Shown in pieces: positions 28,589 through 41,789 of a stretch of DNA of 64,000 nucleotides (positions are counted from its first letter, which is position 1; each line of letters begins with the position of its first letter). Where the stretch lies: positions 27,094,001-27,158,000 of the forward strand of contig NC_043008.1 of NCBI RefSeq assembly GCF_006345805.1. Direction: 5' to 3'. This DNA comes from Octopus sinensis (Eukaryota). The notes beneath the pieces were generated by a model. It searched no databases. It worked only from the letters and a program-made list of their open reading frames with translations, and was not told the DNA's origin. The position numbers and the translations under genes are program-made.

Positions 28589-29199
28589 ATATATGTGTGT
28601 GCGTGTGAATATGTATATGTATATCTTAACTATCTATTTATACATATACACCCTTATACCACAGTGTCTATCTCTGCCTCATTCTCAGTCTAGCTTTTTT
28701 ATTGTTTCTCATTTTGTACACGCACACATGCACCCCTATACATACGGAATAACATTACTCTCGATTTAAGAATCTTCATATAATATTTTTAATTTATTGT
28801 TAAAATGTTTCATACTGTTATTGCTGCTCAAAAGTGTTTATTAATAAATTGCATTACAGCTTGTTGATTGATTCTCTGCTATTATTGATTACATTTCTGA
28901 AGTTGTAGTCAACTTTTGGTGCCGTATATGTCTGGAAGCATTAGCAAAATTGAATGTCTGTGGTAACATAAACAACAGTCTTACAAAATGTAGAAGCCAT
29001 TTCTTCTAAGAAAAATTCCAACAAATTCTTTCAGAATGAATGTTTCTGTTTTTTTTAAGCTAAAACCAGTAACATCTCCATAACCACCAACTACTTCAGC
29101 AGCAACGTTAAAAGTAAATATCTTGTCATAGGTTTTTATTTAAAGTATAGCAATTTTGTCGTCTTCGTCGTCATAGTCATATCCGTCGTCCTTCACATA

Positions 29200-29290
29200 T
29201 TTCATCATCATCATCATCATCGTCATCGTCGTCGTCGTCGTCGTTGTGGTCATCCTCGTCGTCGTCATCATCATCATCTTCGCCGCCGTC
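29200..29290. repeat. Compound (CAT)n/(CGT)n microsatellite
   Basis: Direct reading. Confidence 0.9.
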
Positions 29291-30265
29291 GCTCTTGCTG
29301 TCGTCATTTTCTTAATTGATTTGGTATTGACTTTTATAATAACAGCTTTATATTCCATATAAACGACATAGTTCATGTATATATTCTGTCTTTCACATTT
29401 CGTAATGTTAATTCTTTGTGTATGAAATTAACATTGAATCTGGTTGCGAATAGCATCGTAATTTTTCTCTAGAAAAAAAAAAGAAAGTATGTTCATTCTT
29501 CTTATGTATTGACAAATAACATTATAAACTTGATAGTGAAGATTCAGAAGTCTCTAAACATGTGTTTCACTCTGTGCCAATTAATTATACAGGGTACTTC
29601 CTCGATAAGCTAATATGTTTGACTGGATTGAAGCGGACATTTTATATGATATATCTAATTAATCAAAACAGTTGATTTCATTTTGACATCTACAAAGAAA
29701 TTCTAGTAGTTTATCAAACCATGAACAGTCAACTCTAGAGGTTGAATAATGTTAGAGTTAATAATAGTATAGTGAATAAAAAGTACCGACTGTGACTCAG
29801 TTCTACGACATAATGTTGCATAACTGAATCATATGGACTCATAAGCGTTTTATTTCATAACATACATTGATTTTCATTTCAAGATTTTAAAACAAAAGAA
29901 ATCTGAAAACGAATTTTCATAATTTTTGCATAAAATTTCCCCAACTTCATTTGAATCCGATTGCATTATAATCATTAAAAACATTATATATAAATGGAAT
30001 TTATGCTTACAGCAATTCACTTGTGTGTTAGTGTGTTACTCAACGCTTATAAGAAGGGGAATATAAATATGTTTTAGTCATACTCAAAATTTCTTTCATA
30101 TGTTCTAAAATATACATAGGTTCAATCTTCAATCTTATCATTTTGAGAATACAATTCGAAATCATAAACAAAAATCACTCAGAAGTCGCTTCAGAAAACG
30201 ATACATCATGCCAATAAAGAAGGAAAACACATGATATCGTACACTGTTCCTCTAAATGTACGAAA

Positions 30266-30314
<49 letters not shown>

Positions 30315-30529
30315 CAATAAACCAATAATAAGGACATATTAAATTCAAACAAACATGGTGAGTAAAACAGTTATAAACATGTACAGACACCCGACACCAA
30401 ATCCAGTGCAACGACTTGTAGGCAAATAGACACTCGACTGTCACGGAAATTGGTGTGACAGTCTACAATAATTCAAAATCTCATCAATAAAACTACTGAT
30501 GGCAGCTCAAATATGCTCATAGCCTGCGT

Positions 30530-30618
<89 letters not shown>

Positions 30619-30624
30619 ATATAC

Positions 30625-30661
<37 letters not shown>

Positions 30662-31139
30662 CAGAGACAGACAGATTGAGAGAGAGATTCAGTAGGGTAT
30701 ATAATACCACTTGATAAAATCAGACACAATGCTTCAAAAACCACCGTAAACTTACGATAAAGATATACACGAGCAATGCAATGAACACACGGGAAATAGG
30801 CTTACATTTGCTTTGAATACATGAGTATTTCATGCTTTGTGTGACAAACACACTATGATCTTCAGTTGAAAATAACATTTTGATATCTATTTCTAAAATA
30901 TTCACATTAGCGCGTGTGCGTTCCTTACTTTAAACGTCCCGCTCCGTTTAAAAGAAAATTATCATGAAAAAGTTTAAGTTTAAATAAAGAAGTATTATTA
31001 TTATTACCGTTATTAATAGTATTAATACGCTATTATTTGGTTTGAACATTGGTCTTAACTCTCATCTATAGATGGTAGACGCATTTGTGTGTCCTTTATG
31101 ATATATATATATATATATATGCTGTATACATATCGGTCA

Positions 31140-32235
31140 AAACGTACAAAAATCAAAAGAAAGGTGACAGAAAGAAAACCAAGATGCATTAGTTTTGACG
31201 CTGAGGTAAAATAGGAGAATCTTTGACGTTTCCAGCCTACTACGAGGTAGGCTGGAAAGGAATGGAATGAAGAAAGTAATGAGGAAAGAAAAGAGTGGAG
31301 AGAGAAAGAAAACGGGAGAGAGAGAGAGAGAAACCGTTGTCTGTATTAAAGGTTTAACATGTTGACTTGAGCGGTAGGAAGTGGTGGGCGGAACGGAATG
31401 TAACAATAACCTGGCTAAATTGCGTGCGCAAGCGTGTACGTGTATGTGAGGTTATGTGCGAGTGTACATCTCTGATTGGGCGAACTGTATGTGTATGTGG
31501 GCAAGAATGTGTGTATGAAGATTATGTGAGAATGTGGATGTGTACATACGGGATTGTGCATGTTTGAGTGTGAGTAAACAAGAACTTGCGTGGAGCAATA
31601 TCAGCATGTATGGTATGTGTATTTATATGTGCGCGTATGTGGACGTGTGCATAGTGCGTGCGAGTCTGGGTGTGTATGTGTGTGTGTGTGATCAGGAACG
31701 GGTGATGGCGGTTTGGATAACGGAAGGTGTAACTCCGTTGGGTAAAGTGGTGAGTCCATGATTTCGAATTGTGTCTCAAAGTCATGATTATCAGTGAGGT
31801 GCCGGAGGAGACGGAGGAACGGAGAGTAACGGATGGACAGTCTGGTGAGAGTAGAATGGGAGGAGAAATAGTTGGAATAGGAGTGTGAGTCTGTGGGTTT
31901 ATAGTGGATGGAGAGGGTAAGAGATGAGTAGTTGATGGACTCAGAAACGTCGAGAAAGTTGATGGACGTGTCGGAGGCGGAACAAGAGAATTCCAGGACA
32001 GGATTGAAGGACTGGACAAAAGACGGGAATGAGTCCAGATGTCCGCGGGAGTGTATTGTCGTGCAAATACAGTCGGCAATGTAACGAGCATATAGCTCAG
32101 GAGTAGTATCGGTAAACTGAGAAAATGTTTGGACCTTAACATTGTTGACGAACAGGTTTGCGTAGTTGGAGTCCCTTCTGCATTATGGTTCCCATGGCTC
32201 CTTCGAGACCTGATTGAAAAATTCATTCGCGAACA
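31140..32235 (-). mobile_element. PLE remnant: RT motifs B'-thumb plus 3' tail
   Basis: Frameshifted QVS..AMGT..PNYANLFV, LYARYIADC (YIDD changed to YIAD, ~32069-32086), INFLDV, IHYKPTDSHSY, PFLRL. Tail has an HHR remnant at 31221-31259. Confidence 0.85.
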
Positions 32236-34704
32236 AGAGATAAATTAACGATCCCGATATACACAATAAACACAGAAGCACGATTTACACGCTATAAATG
32301 CGAATACAAACACGTCAACGGAATGGGAACTGAATGCAGTTATTGTATTTCAGGATGATATAAACTTTTGTATCATATTCTCAAAATATCAAATTTGTGA
32401 CATGAATGATAACTGTTAAACCACTTGTATTTGCAGAGATGTTTAAATGACAATAAATCAGTACCTTCCTACATATATATGTCAAGCATATGCTTTCTGC
32501 ATATGAGTCAACACTATAGTTTTATTTTTCAGTATATAGAGCCACTATTTTACTCTGTGATGAGCTGATGAATCTTAAAACTCGTTTGTTGTATGTTGTA
32601 GGCTCGTATTGAAATTTTGATGAACTGTCGAAATAATGTGAAATTAAATTATTATTTTTGCTTCAGTCTGATATATTTTAGGAATACGAGCTGCATTAGA
32701 CTTGTGTACATATTCATTTTTTAGTTCAATGTATGTACTTGGAAGAGAAAAGGGTGGAATACTTTCTGAAGTCGTGTCATTTTAACAGTTTGAAATATTA
32801 TGGCGTGACTTCTAAGTACGTTCCAACAAATCTCAGCAACTGACAGCCATGTTATCTCTGTGCATCAATGAATCGCATATATAAGGTGAACATATTGATA
32901 TATGTACAGATTTGGAAACTAATACATCGCTCATGTAAAGGCTGAATGTAAAATATTGTTAGACCCATAAATATAGTCTAAAACAATATTATAATGTACT
33001 TGGAACCAAATTGAGGGTTACATTTTTATCACAGCCACCCGGTCATTAATCAGGTAACAAAAATCTTTACTAATGCTTTCCAGCCTCATCTTTCCTATTA
33101 TTGATCTCATGCAGATCAATGGAAAATAATATTAATTTAGATGTTTATGTCTTTCCTATCATCTGTTTTAATTGTGGAGATTTTTATTTTTCATGTGTTC
33201 TTTGGTTATGTACATACTTTTTGTCTATATTTGATAACTAACCAACGATTTAAGGAAAGTTCATGACTCATACAATTATGAGGCGCCCAAGTAGATTAAT
33301 TATGTAAATGAATTAAAAGAGAAAACTGATGTGTTGTTTTACATATATAGTTTTTGTTTAGCTATAATTCACTTTCTTTGGTGAAAATAATTCCAGCTGT
33401 TACAATGTATCTGCAGTACTATATTTTTCTGCTTTTGTAGTTGATAGGGGATTAGTTAATTTTCTTACAAAATATATCTATTAATTCTTAATAATCTAAA
33501 CAAGTTGCCATTGTTATAAAAAATAGTTGGTAGGAATGAGGTTCAGAATGCTATCCGTTAACGTACGAATTGATTGGTGAAGCGTCATGTATTACGTTCT
33601 CGTCGCAGTCAGGCGAGAAGGTTACGTAAAAAGCTTTTGTTCCATGAATATGCCATGACAGTTAGATATATGATATAAAAGATAAAATAATGATTTCTTT
33701 CATGAAAGAGTTATAGACAATTATTGCTTATCATTCTTTCAAAGTGAATAATGGATTAGAGCTTCTGAGTGGAAAATAACTAATATTTATCAGAGCATGT
33801 CCCCACAAAAATGATGTCTTCCTTAAACAGAGTGCAGCTTGGTCTGAATGTATACGCTTTCATTTGCTTCTTTTCATCGATAAGCTTGTATTATTTGGTT
33901 TCTTATTAACCTTTCTGTTTGGTCTAAAAGGTACTGGTGTATATGAAGCATAACATTTTACAGTTGATGCGTATCTCTACCTTTTTAAAGTATTCGTACT
34001 TATTGCATAGTAGAATGAAATCGAATACATTTGTGATTTTGGCAAAAGTAATGCATATTATTTGAAAGAAGGCGAGGCGTTAACTGCTGCTGCAGATGTC
34101 GCTACTATTATTGCTTCTTGTAGAGGTGGTGATGTTGTTGATAGTGGTGGTGGCAATGCCCGGTTTGATGCTGCTACTGGTGATTTGCAACTTTCTTTGC
34201 TTGACATGACATTTTCCTTATTTCTACTGTCTTTGATCTAATTGTTTTTGTTGGCTTTATAGTTAATACTGCTTATGTTGAGACTTATACTGCTGCTACT
34301 GTTTTTGATTACTATTTAATCTGTAGTTTTGTTTTTGATTACTATTTAATCTATAGATTTACCTTCAAACTTCACTATCAATTTTGTCCATCAGTCAGTC
34401 AGACTGGTGAACATTGAAGATTCCGTTTTGAACTTTTTCTTTGTTTCCCGTCGAGCGGGACAAAAACGATTGTTCTATCTCATTTTGTTCTGAACGATTA
34501 ATAAATAATGTTGATCAATAAAATGAACAAATTCCGACTTCTATCAAGGGAAACAAGGAACAAATTTACAGTTTCCAAAACGCATTTATCTTTGGCGATA
34601 AATAACAACAGCAGCAGCAACAGCAATAACAACAACAGCAGCAACAACAACAACAACAACAACGCAAATGATGATATTAATATTAATAGTAATAATAATG
34701 ATGA

Positions 34705-34825
34705 TTGTGATTTTTGATTTAGGCACAAGGCCAGCAGTTTTGAAGTCGATGCAAGCAACTATAGTAATTGACTGGCACTACATGTTATCGATTCCAAATT
34801 GATCAAAGGAGTGACTTAAGCCCAA
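34705..34825 (-). mobile_element. Highly degenerate SINE family C-like fragment
   Basis: GGCACAAGGCCAGCAGTTTTG...AAGTCGAT...ACTGGCACT..ATG.TTATCGA; similarity judged by eye. Confidence 0.35.
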
Positions 34826-35527
34826 AATATAAAAAGCAATGATATCAAAAACAAAAGTAATAATAAGAACGGCTATGTCAAAGAGATGAACAAAACAACA
34901 CTTTTATTAAGATCGTGAGCCTCGTTAATATAAATGTATAGCTAGCTTCTTATGTTTTCGTCCTGATCCGCATTTGATCCGTCAACCAAATATCAATAAA
35001 ATCAGTACCAGGGATATGCTATTATGTTTTTTGTGGTATTGCGGACAAGTAATTGTTTTTTTTTTCTGCGCGTATGCTGGCCTTAGAATTCCGTGATGAT
35101 TACTTCAATTTCTCTCATGATATTTCACAAAATTCGATGTAACTGCTCTAATAGACTACACAATTAAACATCGTGGAAAGCTACAAATGGTTAGTTAGGC
35201 CGTATGATATTTAAAAGCCAAGTAATCACGATGTTAGAAAGTGACGTCTCAAAATTAGGAAATACATATTGCTAATTCATTCCTATTTGTAGGAAAAAAT
35301 CTCAGAATAGACAGCCAAAGTAGACGTTCTTGTGATCATGCATCTACCATTCACTCTAAACTATGACTAAATGATAGCAATAACACGAGTATATCCGTGA
35401 TTGTTATGCTGCTGTCTCTTTTGTAGTTAATGTTTAATTTCACTTCACACATGATCCCACAAACTTACAAACAGTTTATAACTGAGATCAACACTTCTGT
35501 TTTATACTACACACACACAGACCCACA

Positions 35528-35766
<239 letters not shown>

Positions 35767-36701
35767 TGGAATTTATATGCATTTAATGCATCGCTACGCG
35801 TTTCTACATTCCACATAAATTTTATGGTCACAGTTCATATTCCTGGGATTATTACAGTGTAGTCGATAGTATGCGAGGGCATCCGGTTGAACATCATCAT
35901 TTATTCATTTTTCAGGTGAAATAACCTGAGTGGATGAACCACAGACGGATGTTTTTCTCTTTTTACCAGTATAAAGGGAAACGCGTTATGTGAGCATTTC
36001 TGTATGGAAGGAGTAGAAGTTTATGGGAATAGAAGAAATGGTAGTTACATGGGGATGGGAGTGTGTGAGATGGTGTCGGATTTATTTTGTTATTCATTTA
36101 GCAAATGTTAAGGATGGGTTGTAAAATCTTTTGTTTGATTTCATTTCAGGCATGAATATCTTCGAGAAATTCAGAACTCAACAGGTGGTCAAGTACTGCT
36201 GCTATACAGTTGGGTGTGTTGACTGAACTGATAAATGTTCCTTTCTTATGGTGACCCATTCATTGTTTTTGTTAGTATAGTGTTTAGCATCTCAAATATC
36301 GGTTGGTGTATTTATTTGTTTGGGTTCCTCACTATAATGTGTCAATTTGATTCAAAATATTTTTTCAAAATCCATGAATGTTTTGTTCCTACGCTCACAT
36401 ATGACCATCTGAGTGTGCTTATTTATCACGTTTTCCCAGTATGTGATTATTTACAGGGTATCTTCTAGGCATGGGCTACATACACGTGATTTTATGTTAC
36501 ACGGTGCAGCAATTTTGTGTATATTTATTCTACATTATGTCGGTATAACATGATGCAACCCAGAAACATTGGTTCTCTAATCAGCATCATTAGACGGTGG
36601 ACATCATAAAGAAATAGAAGTTTTATTTATGTTACCATAAACAAACTTGAAATATATATATATATATACCTTATTTACATTATTTACATTATTTACAGCT
36701 G

Positions 36702-36749
<48 letters not shown>

Positions 36750-36829
36750 CACAGTAGTGGCTGTGTGGTAATATCCGTCAGCTGTAAATAATGTAAATAA
36801 GGTAACTAACTTGTTTAAACCATATACTC

Positions 36830-37355
36830 CTTACATAAAGTTTGCTAAATCAAAAATAGATTATAACTCTTGAAAAATAATTCTGAAGAATCTAATACGA
36901 TTTGGCTCATTATTCCATATGCTAAGTAAACTATAAATAATTTGATAAGATCTATACACAAGTCTATTTAACAATGATAATAAATATAGCGACATTATTA
37001 ATTGTAAACATGTAAAAAATTGGTTTTATTTAAACTTGTAACCTGCTGATAATTATATTATCTATTAATAATAAAAATTAATAGCTTCTACAGAAATAGA
37101 AATATCCAATTCAATAATTCAGCTAAAAACCAACTTAAACTCCCAAAACTTTGAATTTAATATTAAAAGGGATATTGCAGTTTGCAAAATCATATAAATT
37201 ATCCAACAAAATATGTGAGTTGTGTACTGAAGAAGCATATAAAATCCTTATATTTAGAAAATATTTCCTAAATTTAAAAAAGAAAAATATAATTTGCCTT
37301 TATTCGGCGAAATATGTTTTCTCTAAGTATAATTCAGCCTTATACTCATAATATA
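36830..37355 (+). mobile_element. Degenerate PLE 3' fragment (Naiad/Chlamys-like linker plus GIY-YIG C-terminus)
   Basis: NTIWLIIPY...FNNDNKYSDIINCKHVKIG (cf. IIWFNPPY...IFNRNTVKVSY) and ILQFAKSYKLSNKICELCTEEAYKIL (cf. KCxLCxxEKxxIL). Confidence 0.55.
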
Positions 37356-38335
37356 GGGTAATAATAAACTATATAATATACTACTCATGTCCTCTAACAT
37401 CTAGGATACATATTACCTATTGATATGACAGACTAGCGTTATTGAACATGCTTCATAAGTAGATCTATAAACACTAATTGAGATAATCATTATTGATTGC
37501 ACCACATAAGATACATAATATTTTCGACTTTCGTACCTTAAATTAACAACTAAAATTCTAAAAATATCCTAAACAATAATTAATAATGATTATTAGCTAT
37601 TTTACTGATAACGACTTAATCACCATATACTGAAAAGATTTTGTAACGGTTTCTATTAACATTAATTGAAAAGACATTAAGTAACAAATTCCTGTCTATA
37701 ATACAACAGACATTCTATATTTATACCTAGCTGAATGTTTATAATATTTATCTTACAATACATAATATTTTCTTTAATATTAATTTTAAGTGATTAACTG
37801 CCCAATTTTCAACGTGTATTTTTTGGATTTGCCAGGTGTCTTAGAAGTTAAAATAATATATAATATTTAAATTGGAAATTATGACAAATGTTTCAACAAA
37901 TATCAAGTAGAGATCGCTGAAAAAGAGTATATTTTTCCTTTTCTATTCAATTGCAATATTAAACATTTAAATTTTTTGTTTTTGAAACTATAGTATCAAA
38001 TTCGAATGTGCATGAAATATCAAAGAATGGTATAGACGGGAAATTCAAAAACACGAAAAATGCTTTTGAAAAGAGTCGATATTTTTGCAGTTCAACAATT
38101 TCGACTTGTGACATAAGATGTCCTCTAGAATTAGCCAGAGCTGATAATGACAAATTTTACATACTAAATATTGTTAAACAGACCTCTGCAAATGCAATGT
38201 ACATAAACAATTCAATTTAAATACAACGAACAACCAGCAGTGAAAATGTATTTAGCAGATCCGCAAATGGGGCTCATGGGTTAAACACTACTTATAAATT
38301 AAATAATATCCCCATTTTCCATAAAGTACATTATT

Positions 38336-38650
38336 GATGACGTAATGCACAAGATCTCTATCCATCTAGAATGTAAACAGATAGTATATATTCCTCGTCA
38401 CGATTATATGGTAGATACATACTTATTATTATTTTATGTAAATGTACTTAATAGAAGCATTAATTAAATCACACCTAAAAATATATACTTTAAGGAATTT
38501 TTCTATAAACTACATTTGGGATGGCGTAATGCACAAGTTCTCTACCATTCTAGAATGTAAACAAACAGTATTATTCGTCCTACTGGTTATATGGTACATA
38601 AATACATTTGATTATCATTTTATATAAATGTTTTTAAGAGAAGCATTAAT
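38336..38650. repeat. Diverged direct duplication, period ~184 bp
   Basis: GATGACGTAATGCACAAGATCTCTATCCATCTAGAATGTAAACAG at 38336 vs GATGGCGTAATGCACAAGTTCTCTACCATTCTAGAATGTAAACAA at 38520; both end AGAAGCATTAAT. Confidence 0.8.
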
Positions 38651-38811
38651 GAAAACAATATAAACAATATAAACAAATATTATCGAACTGAAGGTTATAA
38701 TGCGTATATATATGTATGACTATATGCCTTATGTACATATTTATATGCGTGTATTGGTGTATCCATGCATATAAGGATACATTTATATATGCACATCTCT
38801 GTATACATGCG

Positions 38812-38897
<86 letters not shown>

Positions 38898-38904
38898 AAA
38901 AATA

Positions 38905-40033
38905 AGCAACAAGAATGACTCCGGTAATTTGGTACAATTGTTTAGCACTACATTTTATTAAAAGTTGTAAGTATTACACCAGATTTAAGATGCTGAGCGC
39001 TCTTCAACCCAATTATATAGGTTTTCCAATAATATAAAAGCTTTCAAATCAAGTAGTAACATTTTAGAGAAAGTAGAGATACAGATAAAGATATAGATTT
39101 AAATTTTAAGAACATATGTGGTTGTGAAGTTCAGTCGCTAACTGACCAAAACTATGGTTGTATCTGACTGCTATAAGAATTTTTTAGTTGTATGAATTAT
39201 CTTGCATACATTCCATAACTCGAACGTTTAAATACTTTAAATAAAAATTATGAGTATTATTTATTCCTTTTTTAATTATTTTTATCTAGTTTCAGCTCAC
39301 AAGCTGTGGCCATGCTGGGGCACCGCCATTATTTGTATATTTTTCAAATTTTAACTTTTTATGATAATAATAATAAGAAATATACTATACTAGCCGTCAA
39401 CTTAACTTTCATAGATGACTAGAAAAACTTCATTGATGACTAGAAAAACTTGAAATTGGAACTTTTCCTAAATCTAATCTAGTTTTAAAGTTTTAAAGCT
39501 GTTCCTCCAGTTATAAAATACTATGCCTACTAAAAGTAAGTGATAGTTTTTTTCCCTACTCTCTGTAAAAGAAATTAATGACTTTTTGACACTGAATTAG
39601 TTTCTTCTCACCACAGCAGTAATTGGCTTTTTGTTAGTGGCAACTTGAATTCCTTTATGGTATTCTGTAACCTCCTTTACCCTCACTCCTAAAACTAACT
39701 TGAATTCCTTTTATGGTATTCTGAAACCTCCCTTACCCTCATTCATACAACTAAACATTCTTATAGTAGTCAGATACAACCATAGTTTTGGTCAGTTAGC
39801 AACTGAACTTTACAACCTCATATGTTCTTAAAATTTAAATCTACATCTTTATCTGTATATCTACCTTTTCTGAAATGTTACTACTTGATTTGAAAGCTTT
39901 TATATTATTAGAAAACATATATAATTGGGTAAAGAGCACTCAGCATCTTAAATCTGGTGTAATACTTACAACTTTTAATAAAATGTTGTAGTGCTAAACA
40001 ATTGTACCAAATTACGGAGTCATTCTTGTTGAT
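38905..40033. mobile_element. Fold-back element with ~290-bp inverted arms
   Basis: 38905-39197 is the reverse complement of 39741-40033 with scattered mismatches; TA on both flanks. The spacer holds a SINE A tail (minus, ~39285-39330), a 21-bp tandem and a 55-bp tandem (39642/39697). Confidence 0.85.
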
Positions 40034-40323
40034 TATGTTTGATTATAATCAGCCCGCAAATTTTTATGGGTAACACAATACAAAATTCTGGTGCATCTAA
40101 ATTAAGTACCATATTTATTTGAATCTAAATTGTTGCTGATATTATATATATATATATATACATATAGTTGAAGTTTGCAGAAAAACACAAAACTAAAACA
40201 GGTGTATGAACATATTAGTTTCATGCTTGGGAAAGTGTGAAAGTCTTCAACAGAAAGGAATAAGTGAAAATAAACAGAGTGAGAATGAAAAAGAACATGT
40301 GGATTTAGCGATCAAACATATAT

Positions 40324-40384
<61 letters not shown>

Positions 40385-40393
40385 GCTTTCACA

Positions 40394-40783
40394 CTTTTAC
40401 TTGTTTAATGACTGTGGCCATGCTGGAGCACCGCCTTTAGTTGAGCAAATCGACCCCAGGACTTATTCTTTGTAAGCCTAGTTCTTATTCTATCGGTCAC
40501 TTTTGCCGAACCGCTAAGTTACAGTGGAGGTAAATATACCACAATCGGTTGTCAAGCTATGTTACGAGGACAAACACAGACACACCTACAGACACATACA
40601 TACATATATATACATATATACGACGGGCTTCTTTCAGTTTCCGTCTACCAAATTAACTCACAAAGCTTTGCTCGGCCCGAGGCTATAGTAAAAGACACTT
40701 GCCCAAGTTGCCACACAGTGGTAATGAACCCAGAACGACGTTGTTGGTATGCAAGCTACTTAACACACAGCCACTCCGGCGCC
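40394..40783 (-). mobile_element. SINE family A, full length
   Basis: Reverse complement begins GGCGCCGGAGTGGCTGTGTGTTAAGTAGC; contains the internal CA/TA tract and the family tail. Confidence 0.9.
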
Positions 40784-41398
40784 TATTATATATATATATA
40801 TATACATGCGTGCAATTATATCTTGGAGACTTTTATTACTGTTAATTCCACACACACGCATATATTGAGAAACCGTTATGATTAGATATTTTCTGAAATG
40901 CTTAATCGCATGTAAATTGATTTAAATTTCTACAACCAATGGGCACTGATCAATTCATAGTCTCTTCTGTTTTATTTTGTCTTATTTTCTTTAGTTTCAT
41001 TTATTTATGTTATTTTTATCTTTACCTTATCTATTTTATATTTTATACCTTTTAATTTTATATTATTTTATTTTATTCTACCTTATTATTTATCATACTT
41101 TATGTCTTATTATATTCAAATTAATCCTTTTACCCTCACGCACACACAAATATATAAATAAAATAACGGCATATATTTAGTCTGCCAGTATGGACTATGA
41201 GGCAATCTTTTACTCTATATCTATTTTCCTGATTATACTGCACCCATATCTTATAAATGCAAATTTAAAGTATAAATTTGTGAGTTACATCATGAGCAGA
41301 ATTAAAACACCTGCAGGAAGTATGAAGTATCACTTTATTAATAAATAATTATTAACTTTCAACTCTCCATTTTTAGTTCCTCTATTAATTGAATACTG

Positions 41399-41448
<50 letters not shown>

Positions 41449-41467
41449 TATATATATATATATATAT

Positions 41468-41672
41468 ACCGGAGTAAACACATAAATGTGAAATAAGGTG
41501 GAAAAAAGAGTACTCAAATACCAGTGGTAGAGTAATATGCTTTATTTAAAGCAGCAGACAATTCAACAAAACATGCTACTCTGAGTTTTGCGTTGCAAAA
41601 ACTATCCGATGAACGGGAACGCGAAACTCAGAGTAACAGGTTTTGTTGAATTTTCTGCTGCTTTAAATAAAG

Positions 41673-41677
<5 letters not shown>
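41468..41677. mobile_element. Head-to-head pLTR-like repeat with an HHR-like motif
   Basis: 41535-41593 is the reverse complement of 41619-41677; HHR-like motif at 41602-41639. Confidence 0.7.
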
Positions 41678-41704
<27 letters not shown>

Positions 41705-41789
41705 ATAGAAGGAGCTTCTACAGGACTAGAACTGTTTCATTCAGATTAAATCTTCAGTGTGTGTATGTATGTATTATATGCATTATATA

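Noticed and set aside
31522-32226. 234-aa Ser/Pro/Thr-rich ORF as a host gene
   Set aside because: It is an alternative frame of the frameshifted PLE RT remnant.
32560-32590. Other CTGATGA/CTGAAGA hits (also 9106, 21742, 22898, 46592, 48822)
   Set aside because: No stem II plus GAAA plus NUH arrangement could be built.
35880-36600. Possible further degenerate PLE on the minus strand (HLSVQSTHP resembles a thumb motif)
   Set aside because: Only one weak motif with many stops.
37957-38284. piggyBac-like end (...CATGGGTTAA)
   Set aside because: No matching left terminus found.
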